This document shows positions 17,652-26,524 of a stretch of 48,098 nt of DNA, one piece after another. Numbering within the stretch: the stretch's first letter is position 1; each line of letters starts with the position of its first letter. The translations under genes and the position numbers were made by a program. Under the pieces are notes generated by a model. That model ran no database searches, was not told the origin of the DNA, and saw only the letters and a program-made list of their open reading frames with translations. Source of the DNA: Myxococcales bacterium (lineage in GTDB: Bacteria; Myxococcota_A; Polyangia; DRWM01; JAAZOP01); the NCBI GenBank assembly GCA_012797735.1, contig JAAZOP010000458.1, positions 1-48,098 of the forward strand, read 5' to 3'.

Positions 17652-20018
17652 TCAGATCAGGCAGTCGGCCAGGCCGCTGGCCCCGTTGTTCCCCTCGAGA
17701 CACTCGGCGACGGCACCGTCCGGGTCGGACACCGCCTCGAACACGCCGTCCGCCTGCACCGGCGCCAGGCACTCCACCTCGGCGCACCGTCCGGGCGGCA
17801 CCGGGTCGGGCGTCACCAGCCGGCACAACTCCTCGCCTCCCTCCTGGCGGAAGATCACCGTCACGCCGGAATCGATCAGCGCGCCGCCGCGGTTGCACAC
17901 TTCGGCGCGGATCCGCGTGTTTTCGTCCTCGCAGACCGCCTGCAGCCGGCCGACGGTGAAGTCCGGGCCCGGCACGTCGGTCAGCGTGCCCTGCACGTTC
18001 TGGCGGAAGTTATTGAGGCCGCCGACCTCCCAGTTCCGCCGCCAGGCGCTCGTCCGCGGGATCGAACCGTCGTCCTCGACGTTCGTGACGGAGTACGCGT
18101 GCTGGTTCCAGATCGACCGCGAGGAGGCCCAGCGGTCGTGGGCGTCGCGGTAGATGCGGAGTTGCGGGACGCAGTCGAGGTGGCGGGCGCGGCAGACGTT
18201 GCCGGTGCCGGGCGTCCCGGCCAGCGGCGGCGAGCAGCCGAACGTCGCACCGCAGTCGGCGTCGGTCATGCAGCGGCAGTACCCCTCGTCGCACGCCCCG
18301 CCGGGGCAATCCGCCGCCGTGTCGCACCGCAGCCCCGCGAACAGGTCGTCCCACCCCGAACCGCTCGGCCCCGCGCAGTACGCCGGCGCGCACGGACCGC
18401 TCATCCCCACCACCATCTCGGCGGCGAAGTCGTTGTCCACGTCCGCGACGATCGGGTTCTCCTGCCAGGTGCTGGAGAAGCGCGCCTGCGAGAAGAGCAC
18501 GGCGCCCGTCGTCCCGTCGTACACCCGCACGTAGCACTCGTCGCCGTACACCACCTCGGCCATCCCGTCCCCGTTGAAGTCGAAGACGCTCGAACCGGTC
18601 CGCGCGGACGACAGGTCCTGCGACGGCTGCAGCCACAGCACCCCGCCGGCGACGAAGTCGTAGACCACGTAGTGCGACCCGAACGCGGCCCCCGCCTCGG
18701 GGAACCCGTCGCCGTCGTAGTCGGCGATCGTCGGCGGCCCGCCGCCGCGCGAGGGCGCGGTGTAGCTGCCGAGCACGGTGCCGCCGATGCTGAGCAGCGT
18801 GATCTGCTGCCCGTAGACCGAGACCACCTCGGGCCGCCCGGGCGCGTCCCCGGCGGCGGTCGGGAAATCGCCGAAGTCGGCCACCGCGGTCCAACCCTCC
18901 TGGCCGGGCCCGGCCCAGTACGGCTCGAGCACGAAGGCGCGGGTCGCCGCGTCCCAGCCCCACGTGGCCGACCCCGCCACCAGCTCCGGCACGCCGTCCA
19001 GATCGACGTCCGCGACGACCGACGGGTAGCCGGTCGAGCGGACGGGCCAGCCGGGCACGCTGGACAGCCGCAGGCCGTCCGCATCCCACACCCCGCCCTC
19101 GAAGATCACCTCGGCCCGCCCGTCGTCGTCGAGGTCCGCCAGCGTCACGCCGCTCCACAAGCACTGGCCGGAGCCGTGCAGGTCGAGCGATCCGTCGGCG
19201 AGGTGGCTGTGCCAGACGCGGACGAGCCGTCCGGCCGCGGGGTCCCAGCGGAACGCCAGCAGGCCGCCGGCCGCACCCGCCGCGACGACCTCGACCGCGG
19301 TGTCGCCATCGATGTCGCCGGCCGCGGGCGTGACGGGCGAGTTGAGCCGGTCGGCCTCGTCGGTGACCGCCGCCTGCTCGCGGCACGTCGCGCCGTCGAT
19401 CACCCGGAGCGTCCCCGCCGCCCCGCACCCGCGCGGCGGCCCCTCGTAGTACGTCGCGTCGGAAATGAAGATCACGCTCGGGCGGGTCGGCACGTCCGGC
19501 GCCGTCGCGATCCCCAGGTCGGCGACCAGCGGCGTGTGGAGGATCCGGTTGAACGTCGGCGCCGGATCGTCCGCCGGCGGGCCGTCCCACGTGCACTGCA
19601 GACCGGGGCGCACGGGCCCGGGCACCGCCGCGCGCACGCACGCCGGGTCGAACTCCCCGGGTCCCCACGGCACGCAGAAGCCTCCGACGCAGCGCATGTC
19701 GTCCTGGCACTCCGCCCCCGGCGCGCACGGAATCCCGGTGCCGCCGTCGTCGGCGTCGCCGTCCGCGCCCGTTCCCTCCTCGCCGGCGTCGCCGTCCGCG
19801 TCCGCGTCCGCGCCCACGACCGTCTCGCCGTCACCCGCGTCGGGCCGCGGCACGCAGCGGTTGCCGACGCAGATCCGACCCGGCCCGCACTGGTCCGACG
19901 TCGTGCAGCTCGACTCGCCGTCGTCGCCGCAGCCGATCGAGAGCACCGGCACCGCCAGCAGCGCCGCCCCCAGGCACGCCGCCGCCAAGTTCCAGCTTCC
20001 GCTCGCGTTCGCCGTCAT
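17652..20018 (-). CDS. FG-GAP/VCBS-repeat (integrin-alpha-like beta-propeller) lipoprotein with CARDB-like C-terminal domain
   Basis: ATG 20018 after GGGGAGGG. Signal LAVPVLSIGC. Six DxDxDG-type blades: DIDGDTAVEVV, DLDDDGRAEVIF, DVDLDGVPELV, DYDGDGFPEAG, DFNGDGMAEVVY, DVDNDFAAEMVV. C-terminus NRGGALIDSGVTVIF...CLEGNN. Confidence 0.85.
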   Translation of the reverse strand: MTANASGSWNLAAACLGAALLAVPVLSIGCGDDGESSCTTSDQCGPGRICVGNRCVPRPDAGDGETVVGADADADGDAGEEGTGADGDADDGGTGIPCAPGAECQDDMRCVGGFCVPWGPGEFDPACVRAAVPGPVRPGLQCTWDGPPADDPAPTFNRILHTPLVADLGIATAPDVPTRPSVIFISDATYYEGPPRGCGAAGTLRVIDGATCREQAAVTDEADRLNSPVTPAAGDIDGDTAVEVVAAGAAGGLLAFRWDPAAGRLVRVWHSHLADGSLDLHGSGQCLWSGVTLADLDDDGRAEVIFEGGVWDADGLRLSSVPGWPVRSTGYPSVVADVDLDGVPELVAGSATWGWDAATRAFVLEPYWAGPGQEGWTAVADFGDFPTAAGDAPGRPEVVSVYGQQITLLSIGGTVLGSYTAPSRGGGPPTIADYDGDGFPEAGAAFGSHYVVYDFVAGGVLWLQPSQDLSSARTGSSVFDFNGDGMAEVVYGDECYVRVYDGTTGAVLFSQARFSSTWQENPIVADVDNDFAAEMVVGMSGPCAPAYCAGPSGSGWDDLFAGLRCDTAADCPGGACDEGYCRCMTDADCGATFGCSPPLAGTPGTGNVCRARHLDCVPQLRIYRDAHDRWASSRSIWNQHAYSVTNVEDDGSIPRTSAWRRNWEVGGLNNFRQNVQGTLTDVPGPDFTVGRLQAVCEDENTRIRAEVCNRGGALIDSGVTVIFRQEGGEELCRLVTPDPVPPGRCAEVECLAPVQADGVFEAVSDPDGAVAECLEGNNGASGLADCLI

Positions 20019-20074
20019 CTCGCCCTCCCCGTGCGCGTCCGCGCCTCGCGCCGCCCGGCGCGTTGCGACGCGCC

Positions 20075-21238
20075 TCATTCCTCGGTCCCGAACACCGGCT
20101 CCCCCGCCGGCCACCGGCCGCCGCGGCCCCCGCCCTTGGCGCCGAGCCGCTCCCGCAACCGCACGCCGATCGCCGACACGTCCGCCGGGCCGTCCGGTCC
20201 GGACTGCACCAGCAGGCACGCCTGCGGCGGCTCGCCGTCCTCGCCGACCAGCGCCACGACCGCCTCGGGCCGGCGTTCGAGCACCGCGCCCGCGACCGCC
20301 TTGAGCAGGTCCGGGCCGGCGCCCGGCAGGAACCGCCCGAGCCGCGGACCCGGCGTCGCCGCCAGCTCGGCCGCCACGCGTTCCGCCTGCTCCGCCTCGA
20401 GCTCGCGCACCCGCCGCGCCAGCCGCTGTCGTTCGGCCTGCCACTTGTCCAGCACCGCGCCGAGTTCCTCGGGGCCGGTGCCCAGCCGCGCCTTGATCTC
20501 GGCCTCGAGCGCCAGCATCCCGTGCAGGCGCCGCAGAACCCGGGTCCCGGCGAGGAACCGCAGCCGGACGCCGCCGCGGGCGGGGGCGGCGTCGAGCAGG
20601 TGGACGAGTTGCAGTTCGCCGAGGCGCGCGACGTGGGTGCCGCCGCAGGTGTTGAGGTCCAGCCCCTCGATCTCGACGAGCCGCACGGGTCCGGTGTGCC
20701 CTTCGGGCAGTCCGCGGCTGCGCACCGGCAGCTCCGCCAGCGCCTCCGGCTCGACCCAGCGCGCTCGCACCGGCGGGTCGCGCCGCACCTCCGCGTTCAG
20801 CTCGGCCTCCCATGCCCGCAGCGTCGCCTCCGACGGCACGTCGCCGGTGACCTCGATCGCGGTGTATCCCTCGCCGAGATGGAACGCCGTCGTCCGCCGC
20901 CCGTGACGCTCGAGCAGCAGCGCCGTCAGCGCGTGCTGGGCGGTATGCTGCTGGCTGTGGTCGGTCCGGCGGTCGAGATCGATCTCGGCGACCACCGCGC
21001 GATCGGCCGGCAGCGGCCGCTCCAGGATGTGCAGCACCTCGGCGCCGCGGGCGCGCACGTCGAGCACCGGGACGCCGGCGATCGCGCCGCGGTCGGCGGG
21101 CTGGCCTCCGCCCTCGGGGTAGAACGGGGTCTCCGCGAGCCGCACCCAGGGCCGGCCGTCCTGCTCTCCCGCCTGGAGCACGCGGGTTTCGACCCGTACG
21201 ACGGGCGGCATCTCGAGGCACAACCGGCGTTCGACCAT
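20075..21238 (-). CDS. AlaX-type alanyl-tRNA editing protein (tRNA_SAD + DHHA1-like)
   Basis: FYPEGGGQPADRG, HxxxH (HSQQHTAQH) and CxxxH (CGGTH) zinc motifs of the AlaRS editing domain. C-terminal GGKGGGR-like motif (GAKGGGRGG). Confidence 0.85.
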   Translation of the reverse strand: MVERRLCLEMPPVVRVETRVLQAGEQDGRPWVRLAETPFYPEGGGQPADRGAIAGVPVLDVRARGAEVLHILERPLPADRAVVAEIDLDRRTDHSQQHTAQHALTALLLERHGRRTTAFHLGEGYTAIEVTGDVPSEATLRAWEAELNAEVRRDPPVRARWVEPEALAELPVRSRGLPEGHTGPVRLVEIEGLDLNTCGGTHVARLGELQLVHLLDAAPARGGVRLRFLAGTRVLRRLHGMLALEAEIKARLGTGPEELGAVLDKWQAERQRLARRVRELEAEQAERVAAELAATPGPRLGRFLPGAGPDLLKAVAGAVLERRPEAVVALVGEDGEPPQACLLVQSGPDGPADVSAIGVRLRERLGAKGGGRGGRWPAGEPVFGTEE

Positions 21239-21242
21239 GCGG

Positions 21243-23462
21243 TCACTCCTCGGGCAGCGCGAGGCCGAGGCGCCGGCGGAGGCGGAAGCAGGCGTCGCTG
21301 ACGCCGAACACGAGCAGTTCGTCGGCGCGGCGGGCGTCCGACAGATCCGGCGCGAAGGCCGGCATGCGGGGCAGCATCCGGGCGGCGGTGGGCAGGTCGC
21401 CGCACAGGAGCAGGCCGGCGCGGTCGCCGGTCAAGTCGACCGCGCGGAGCCAGGCCGCGAGACGACCGGCGGCGCGGCCGGCGAGGCGGCGCGCCGCCTC
21501 CCGCAGCAGCTCGAGTTCCAGCGGCTGGAGCACGGCCTGGATCCGCTTCGCGAGCGACTGCGCCTCGGGCGCGCGCGGCGCGTCGGCCCCGGGAGCGCCG
21601 ACCGCCAGCGCCGCATCGACCCACGCGGCCAGCAGCGGCCCGAACGCCCGCCGCTCGGCCGCCGCGGTCGCCGCCAGCAGGTACGCCACGACGTGCTCGC
21701 GGCGATAGGCCGCCAGATGCCGTCCCGCCACGAACCGCAGCTCGACGGGCGTGAGGCCGGCGAGGAAGTCCTGTCCGGCCACCGACGCCGCAGGCTCGGT
21801 CCCGGCGACGATCAGTCCGCCCGGCTGGTTCGACACGACGTACAGCTCCGGCAGCGCGACGCCGAGCGCCGCGCCGGCCGCCCGGAGCGCCTTGGCCAGC
21901 GCCAGCGGGCTGGTCGCGAGATCCTGCTGGTCCTTCTTGCGCAGGCCGACGGCCTTCGCCGTGCGGGCGCAGGTGCGCACGGCGGCGGAAGCCGTGGCCG
22001 CCAGGAGCTGCGACAGGTCGCGATCCTCGTCGGGATGATAGAGGTCGTCGCGCCAGGCGTCGGCGTCGAGCGCGCCGGTCGCGGCCAGCGAACCCTTCGG
22101 GCGGTACGACTCGTAGAACTGCCGCTCGGTGGGATCGGCGCGGTCGAGATGCACCAGCGCCGCACAGACGCACCACGTCTCGTCCACCCGGCCGGCGTCG
22201 CGCAGCACGGCGCGCATCGCGTGATAGGAGTCGATCCGTTTCGGGTCCGACCGCAGCAGCCGCTGGTGCTCGCGCACGGCGTCGCGCCAGCGATCGGGAA
22301 CGGCGGCGTACAGCCGCGCCAGCAGGTCGCGACGGGAGAGGTTCTCGGGCGCCAGTTCCAGCGCGCCGGCGTAGTAGTCGGCGGCCTTGGACACGTCGTC
22401 GAGCGGCCCGCGGGCCAGTTCGCCGAGCTTGACCAGCAGCGCCTCCCGCCGCGCCTCCGTCCCCGGAGCGGACAACCGTTCGAGCGCCCGCAGCCAGGTC
22501 CGCTCGAGCGCCGTCCAGTCCCGGGCGGCGGTGTGGATCCGTTCCAGCGCCGCCAGGCTCTCTTCGTCCTCCGGGTCCTCGTCCAGGACCCGCTCGAACG
22601 CCTCCACGGCCCGCTTCTCGTCCTGCAACCGGTCGCGGTAGGTCGTGGCGAGGAAGAACCACCAGGTGGCCCGCTTGTGCCGGTCGGACTCGTGCGCCAG
22701 CAGTCCCTCGCACGCCGCCACCGCCTCCGGCCACAGCCCCGCGTCGCGGCACGCCTGCAACAGCTTGAGATGCGCCGCCCGATCGCCGGGATCGATCGCC
22801 AGCGCTTCCTGGTAGAGGAGACAGGCCTGCGCGACGTCGTGCAGCGCGCCCAGGGCGACGTCCCCGGCCTCGAGCAGGTGACGGACCCGCTCCCGGCCGG
22901 CCAGCACGCCGGCCAACCGGCGGTGCGCCTCCACCCGCAGCGCGTGGTCGTGCGTCGCCGCCGCCAGCTCGACCAGCCCCTCCAGCGCCCCGCGATGCTC
23001 GGCATCGAGCCCCAGGGCCTTCTCGTACAGGTTGCGCGCCAGTCGCGGATCGTTCTGCGCCGCCTTGATCCGACCCATCCGCACGTACAGGCCGGCGCGC
23101 TCCCCCGGCGACAGCCGCCCTTCGAACTGGAACAGCACCGCCCGGAACTGCTTGAGCGCCGCATCGAGGTCGCCGGCGGCGAACGCGGCCTCGGCCTGCG
23201 CCCGCCCCGCCTCGGGCGAGTCGGCGGGCGTCATCACCAGCGAGGCGGACGACGGCGTGAGGAAGGCCGACGCCGACGACGCGGGCGGCGGCGACGGGGA
23301 CGACGGCGGCGGCCCACACGGCGCGGCGCCGGGCGCCGGCGGGTCCGGCGGCGGCGGCGTCGAATCGCAGACCTGGATCAGCGGCGTGCCGTCCTCCGGA
23401 CATCGTCCGCCGCCCGCGGGTTCCTCGAATCGACGCTGGCAGGTCGGGCAGATCGCAGGCAC
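21243..23462 (-). CDS. zinc-ribbon + TPR-repeat protein (739 aa)
   Basis: GTG 23462 is the only plausible start. N-terminal CPTCQ...CPEDG ribbon, Pro-rich linker, then multiple TPR-like helices (AEAAFAAGDLDAALKQF, NLYEKALGLD, LLYQEALAIDP, ...). The stop is 4 nt before the AlaX ATG. Confidence 0.8.
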   Translation of the reverse strand: MPAICPTCQRRFEEPAGGGRCPEDGTPLIQVCDSTPPPPDPPAPGAAPCGPPPSSPSPPPASSASAFLTPSSASLVMTPADSPEAGRAQAEAAFAAGDLDAALKQFRAVLFQFEGRLSPGERAGLYVRMGRIKAAQNDPRLARNLYEKALGLDAEHRGALEGLVELAAATHDHALRVEAHRRLAGVLAGRERVRHLLEAGDVALGALHDVAQACLLYQEALAIDPGDRAAHLKLLQACRDAGLWPEAVAACEGLLAHESDRHKRATWWFFLATTYRDRLQDEKRAVEAFERVLDEDPEDEESLAALERIHTAARDWTALERTWLRALERLSAPGTEARREALLVKLGELARGPLDDVSKAADYYAGALELAPENLSRRDLLARLYAAVPDRWRDAVREHQRLLRSDPKRIDSYHAMRAVLRDAGRVDETWCVCAALVHLDRADPTERQFYESYRPKGSLAATGALDADAWRDDLYHPDEDRDLSQLLAATASAAVRTCARTAKAVGLRKKDQQDLATSPLALAKALRAAGAALGVALPELYVVSNQPGGLIVAGTEPAASVAGQDFLAGLTPVELRFVAGRHLAAYRREHVVAYLLAATAAAERRAFGPLLAAWVDAALAVGAPGADAPRAPEAQSLAKRIQAVLQPLELELLREAARRLAGRAAGRLAAWLRAVDLTGDRAGLLLCGDLPTAARMLPRMPAFAPDLSDARRADELLVFGVSDACFRLRRRLGLALPEE

Positions 23463-23523
23463 GGCGGGAACTCTAACAGCCCCCTCCGGTCCGCTCAAGG
23501 CATCGCCGCGCAAGGGAACGAGC

Positions 23524-26331
23524 CTAGCGGTCGAACCCGCCCCCGTCGACATCGACGTAGATGGCGTTCGTGTAGGCGAACGGACCGGAGGAGGGGAGCG
23601 GACCCATCGCGCCGATGCCGGTGGCGAACACGTGGTAGAACGTGTCGCGCCTCGGCGCATGGACGACCTCGGTCGCCAGGCGGAGCACCTCGTCGATCGC
23701 GTCGCCGGCGAGGAGCGGCAACGAGAGCACCCCGCCGCCCGCCGCGGTATCCTCGGCCAGAATGCGCGACCCGTCCCGGCGCAGGTACAGCGGGCGGCCG
23801 TTGGCCAGCACGTGCAGCGTCGAGACGTCCACGCCGGGGACCGCCTCCACCTGGACGTACAGTTCCACCTCGGTCCCGCCCATCGGCACCACCTCCCGCG
23901 GCCCCATCGCCTCCTCGCCCTCGACCAGGACGCGCAGGAAGACGCCGTTGGACACGACGACGCGCCCCTCGCGAACCGCCGTCGTGACCATCTCCTCGGT
24001 CACCTCCCGCGGGTCGTCGACGCCGACACGCAGGTACGATCGGGAGTACCCTGCACCGCTGGGTCCGTGGACGTCGCTGGTCCCCATCGCCGTGATGTCC
24101 CATCCCAGCGCCAGGAAGCCGAGGTAATCGCGGAAGGTCGGCACCTCGTCCCGGCGGCCGCTGGACCGCGCCATCTCCCGGATCGCCTCGTCGGACTCGG
24201 CGGTGAGCTGCTCGATGCTGTCGAACGGCAACTCGCCGCCGTTGCTCGTCTCGATCGCCTCGAAGCCCGTCGTCAGCGCTTCCCGCCCGGTCTCCCCGGT
24301 GACCGGATCGAACTCGACCCAGGAGGTGTACGACAGCGAAGACCGCGGGTGGTTCATCATCACCACCGGCTCCGTCGGCAGGGCGCGCAGCTTGTCGTTC
24401 AGCGCCTGGGACGAGAGTCCGGCCCAGAACTGCGGGCCCCAGTTGCGGAGCGGATCGGCCGGGTCGTAGGGCATCGGGAAGGCGTTGCGGTGGCCGCCGT
24501 TCGACATCGGGGAGACCTCGGCGCCGATCATGCTGTGGAAGTACGCCTGCACGCCGAGGCTCTCGATGCACGGTTGGTAGTCCGAGTAGCCGTCGTGGTC
24601 CGTCGAGGATGCGTAGTCGAGCCCCTCGGCGACGGCGTCCAGGACCCGCTGGCACGTGTCGGTGGAGGAGTCGACGCTCGCCCGCGTGTGGACGTGGAAC
24701 TCGGCCCCGATCCAGCCGGAGGAGTCGACCAGCCTCCGCAACTCGGCCGTCACGGGTGCCACGCCTCCCTCCGGTACGGTCACTTCGAGTTCGACGAAGC
24801 CGTACTCCGGACCGCGGGAGACGGTCGCCCGATACCGGCCGGGCTTCACCGGGTACGTTCCCCGGCCGTCCGGCGTGTAGAGCACGCGATGCGCGCCCAT
24901 CGGCGCCACCTCGTCCGCCACCGGCCCGAGTTGCCGCTCGGGCGGTTCCATGTCGATCCCCCGGAAGACCACCTTCGCCGGCACCGGCGCTCCACCCTCG
25001 CGAATGTCCAGCGTCACGGCGCCGCGCGGTCCGAGGCCGAGATCGATCGAGGCCGTCGCGCCGGCGGCCAGCGCTCCGGTGACGGCACGACCTCGCGTGT
25101 GGCCGACCTTCGCGGCGACGAGATCGTAGGAGCCGGGCGGGACGACCAGCCGGTATCGTCCGTCGGCGCCGGTGATCGCCTGTCCGGCCGCCGTGCGCCG
25201 CCCCGGCTCCGCCCCCTCGGGGAACGCCACGACCGCCACGTCCCCGGCCGGACCGTCCGGACCCGTCACGGTGCCGGCGACGACCGCGTAGGGCGTGTCG
25301 AGCAACGCCAGGAGCGGCTCGACGGCGCTCGAGACCCCCCCGTCGCCGACCGACAGGTAACGCTCGAACGTCTCCGTACCGCCGCGCACCACGGTCACCG
25401 TGCGCCCGATGCCGCCGGTGATACCTTCGGTCGAGATCGGCGTGTTCACGGGTCCGTAGGGGGTGGCGTAGGCGTACGACACGTTGCGCCGCGGCTCCTC
25501 GGGATCCGTCGTCGTCGCGATCCAGCTCGGCTCGATGCCGTCCACGGGACCGAAACCGCCCTGCGGCGAGAACATCGTGTTCGTCGTCCCGAAGATCAGC
25601 ATGTCGCCGAACATCACGTCCGGGTGCGTCCTGGGACTCTCGTTGATCGCCTGCGTGCGAATCCGCAGCACGGTCGTGTCCGGTTCCAGGATGTAGTCGG
25701 TGACGATGCGGAACCCCTTCGGCGCCCCGGCCAGCACGTCGAGCAGCGGCATCATGCCGCTCTCCACGTCCACCCCCTCGAGCCGCAACACCGCCGGACG
25801 CCCGCCGTTGCCGTCGCAGAGCACCGAGATTCGTTCGACGGACTGCAACCGCCAGCCGACGACCGGAAACAGTTCCCGGAAGGTGTCCTGACCGGGCCCG
25901 TCGCGCTGGAGGTCGGCATCGAGCAGCGACCCGCCGAACAGCGAGTAGCCGATCGGCCGGCCCTCGTTGCCCTGGATGAGGAACGCCACCCGACGGTTGG
26001 CGAGCTTCCAGGCCCGGCCGACCTCGCCGTAGGCCCCCTCCCCGCCGATCAGATCCGCCGGCCGGGTCACCGCCCCGACCACGGCCTCCCCGTCGGGAGC
26101 AGGCCCTTCGAGCGGCAGGGGCGCCGGGCGCGGGTCACAGGCCAGCGGGTCAGGGCCGGTGTCCGCATCGGCGTCCGCATCGGCGTCCGCATCGGCGTCG
26201 GCACCGAGATCCTCGGCATCGCCGGTCCCTGCGGGGGCGTCGTCGGCGCAGCCCGGCGCCGCAAGCAACCCGGCCGAGGACACGCACAGCAAGAAACCCA
26301 GAACGACGCAGCAGGAAACCGCCCGTCTCAT
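23524..26331 (-). CDS. exported PHP-domain (CehA/McbA-like) metallohydrolase with carboxypeptidase-regulatory-like domain
   Basis: ATG 26331. Signal ...LLAAPGC. GTVTGPDGPAGDVAVVAF...GADGRYRLVVPPGSYDL (CarboxypepD_reg-like). PHP His/Asp motifs FHVHTRAS, SSTDHD, MNHPRS, GTSDVHG. Confidence 0.8.
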   Translation of the reverse strand: MRRAVSCCVVLGFLLCVSSAGLLAAPGCADDAPAGTGDAEDLGADADADADADADADTGPDPLACDPRPAPLPLEGPAPDGEAVVGAVTRPADLIGGEGAYGEVGRAWKLANRRVAFLIQGNEGRPIGYSLFGGSLLDADLQRDGPGQDTFRELFPVVGWRLQSVERISVLCDGNGGRPAVLRLEGVDVESGMMPLLDVLAGAPKGFRIVTDYILEPDTTVLRIRTQAINESPRTHPDVMFGDMLIFGTTNTMFSPQGGFGPVDGIEPSWIATTTDPEEPRRNVSYAYATPYGPVNTPISTEGITGGIGRTVTVVRGGTETFERYLSVGDGGVSSAVEPLLALLDTPYAVVAGTVTGPDGPAGDVAVVAFPEGAEPGRRTAAGQAITGADGRYRLVVPPGSYDLVAAKVGHTRGRAVTGALAAGATASIDLGLGPRGAVTLDIREGGAPVPAKVVFRGIDMEPPERQLGPVADEVAPMGAHRVLYTPDGRGTYPVKPGRYRATVSRGPEYGFVELEVTVPEGGVAPVTAELRRLVDSSGWIGAEFHVHTRASVDSSTDTCQRVLDAVAEGLDYASSTDHDGYSDYQPCIESLGVQAYFHSMIGAEVSPMSNGGHRNAFPMPYDPADPLRNWGPQFWAGLSSQALNDKLRALPTEPVVMMNHPRSSLSYTSWVEFDPVTGETGREALTTGFEAIETSNGGELPFDSIEQLTAESDEAIREMARSSGRRDEVPTFRDYLGFLALGWDITAMGTSDVHGPSGAGYSRSYLRVGVDDPREVTEEMVTTAVREGRVVVSNGVFLRVLVEGEEAMGPREVVPMGGTEVELYVQVEAVPGVDVSTLHVLANGRPLYLRRDGSRILAEDTAAGGGVLSLPLLAGDAIDEVLRLATEVVHAPRRDTFYHVFATGIGAMGPLPSSGPFAYTNAIYVDVDGGGFDR
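26161..26196 (-). repeat. three perfect 12-nt tandem units (GTCCGCATCGGC) encoding poly(Asp-Ala)
   Basis: Read directly. Part of the ADADADADADADAD linker of the PHP protein. Confidence 0.95.
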
Positions 26332-26524
26332 CGCTCCACCTCTGCCCCTTCTCAGGACGGTCGGGCCGAAACACCGGGGGACGTCCCGACCAGCTTGGAT
26401 CGAGCGTACTTCCCGTCCGACCGTTGGACAACCGCAGACAGCGGAGCGCGACGACCCGTTTCGGTCGTGCCTTCGCGCCGGCGGCACCGCCGCCGGCCGA
26501 CGGGCCAACGGCAGGGCGGCTGGA

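Noticed and set aside
14850-17959. Long ORFs 14850..17426 (-), 14969..15991 (-), 15170..17959 (+), 16181..17170 (-)
   Set aside because: All overlap the 15138..17564 gene, whose frame shows exact-period Cys repeats. The alternatives translate to Arg/Gly/Ala or Gln/Pro/Ser-rich strings with no structure.
17640-20906. 1088-aa ORF on the plus strand
   Set aside because: It is antisense to the FG-GAP and AlaX genes, with Arg/Pro/His-rich composition, no start context and no motifs.
20926-23987. ORFs 20926..23403 (-) and 21237..23987 (+), plus several nested ones
   Set aside because: These are alternative frames or antisense to the TPR/zinc-ribbon gene and AlaX. The chosen frames carry the recognisable TPR, HxxxH and CxxxH motifs, and these ORFs do not.
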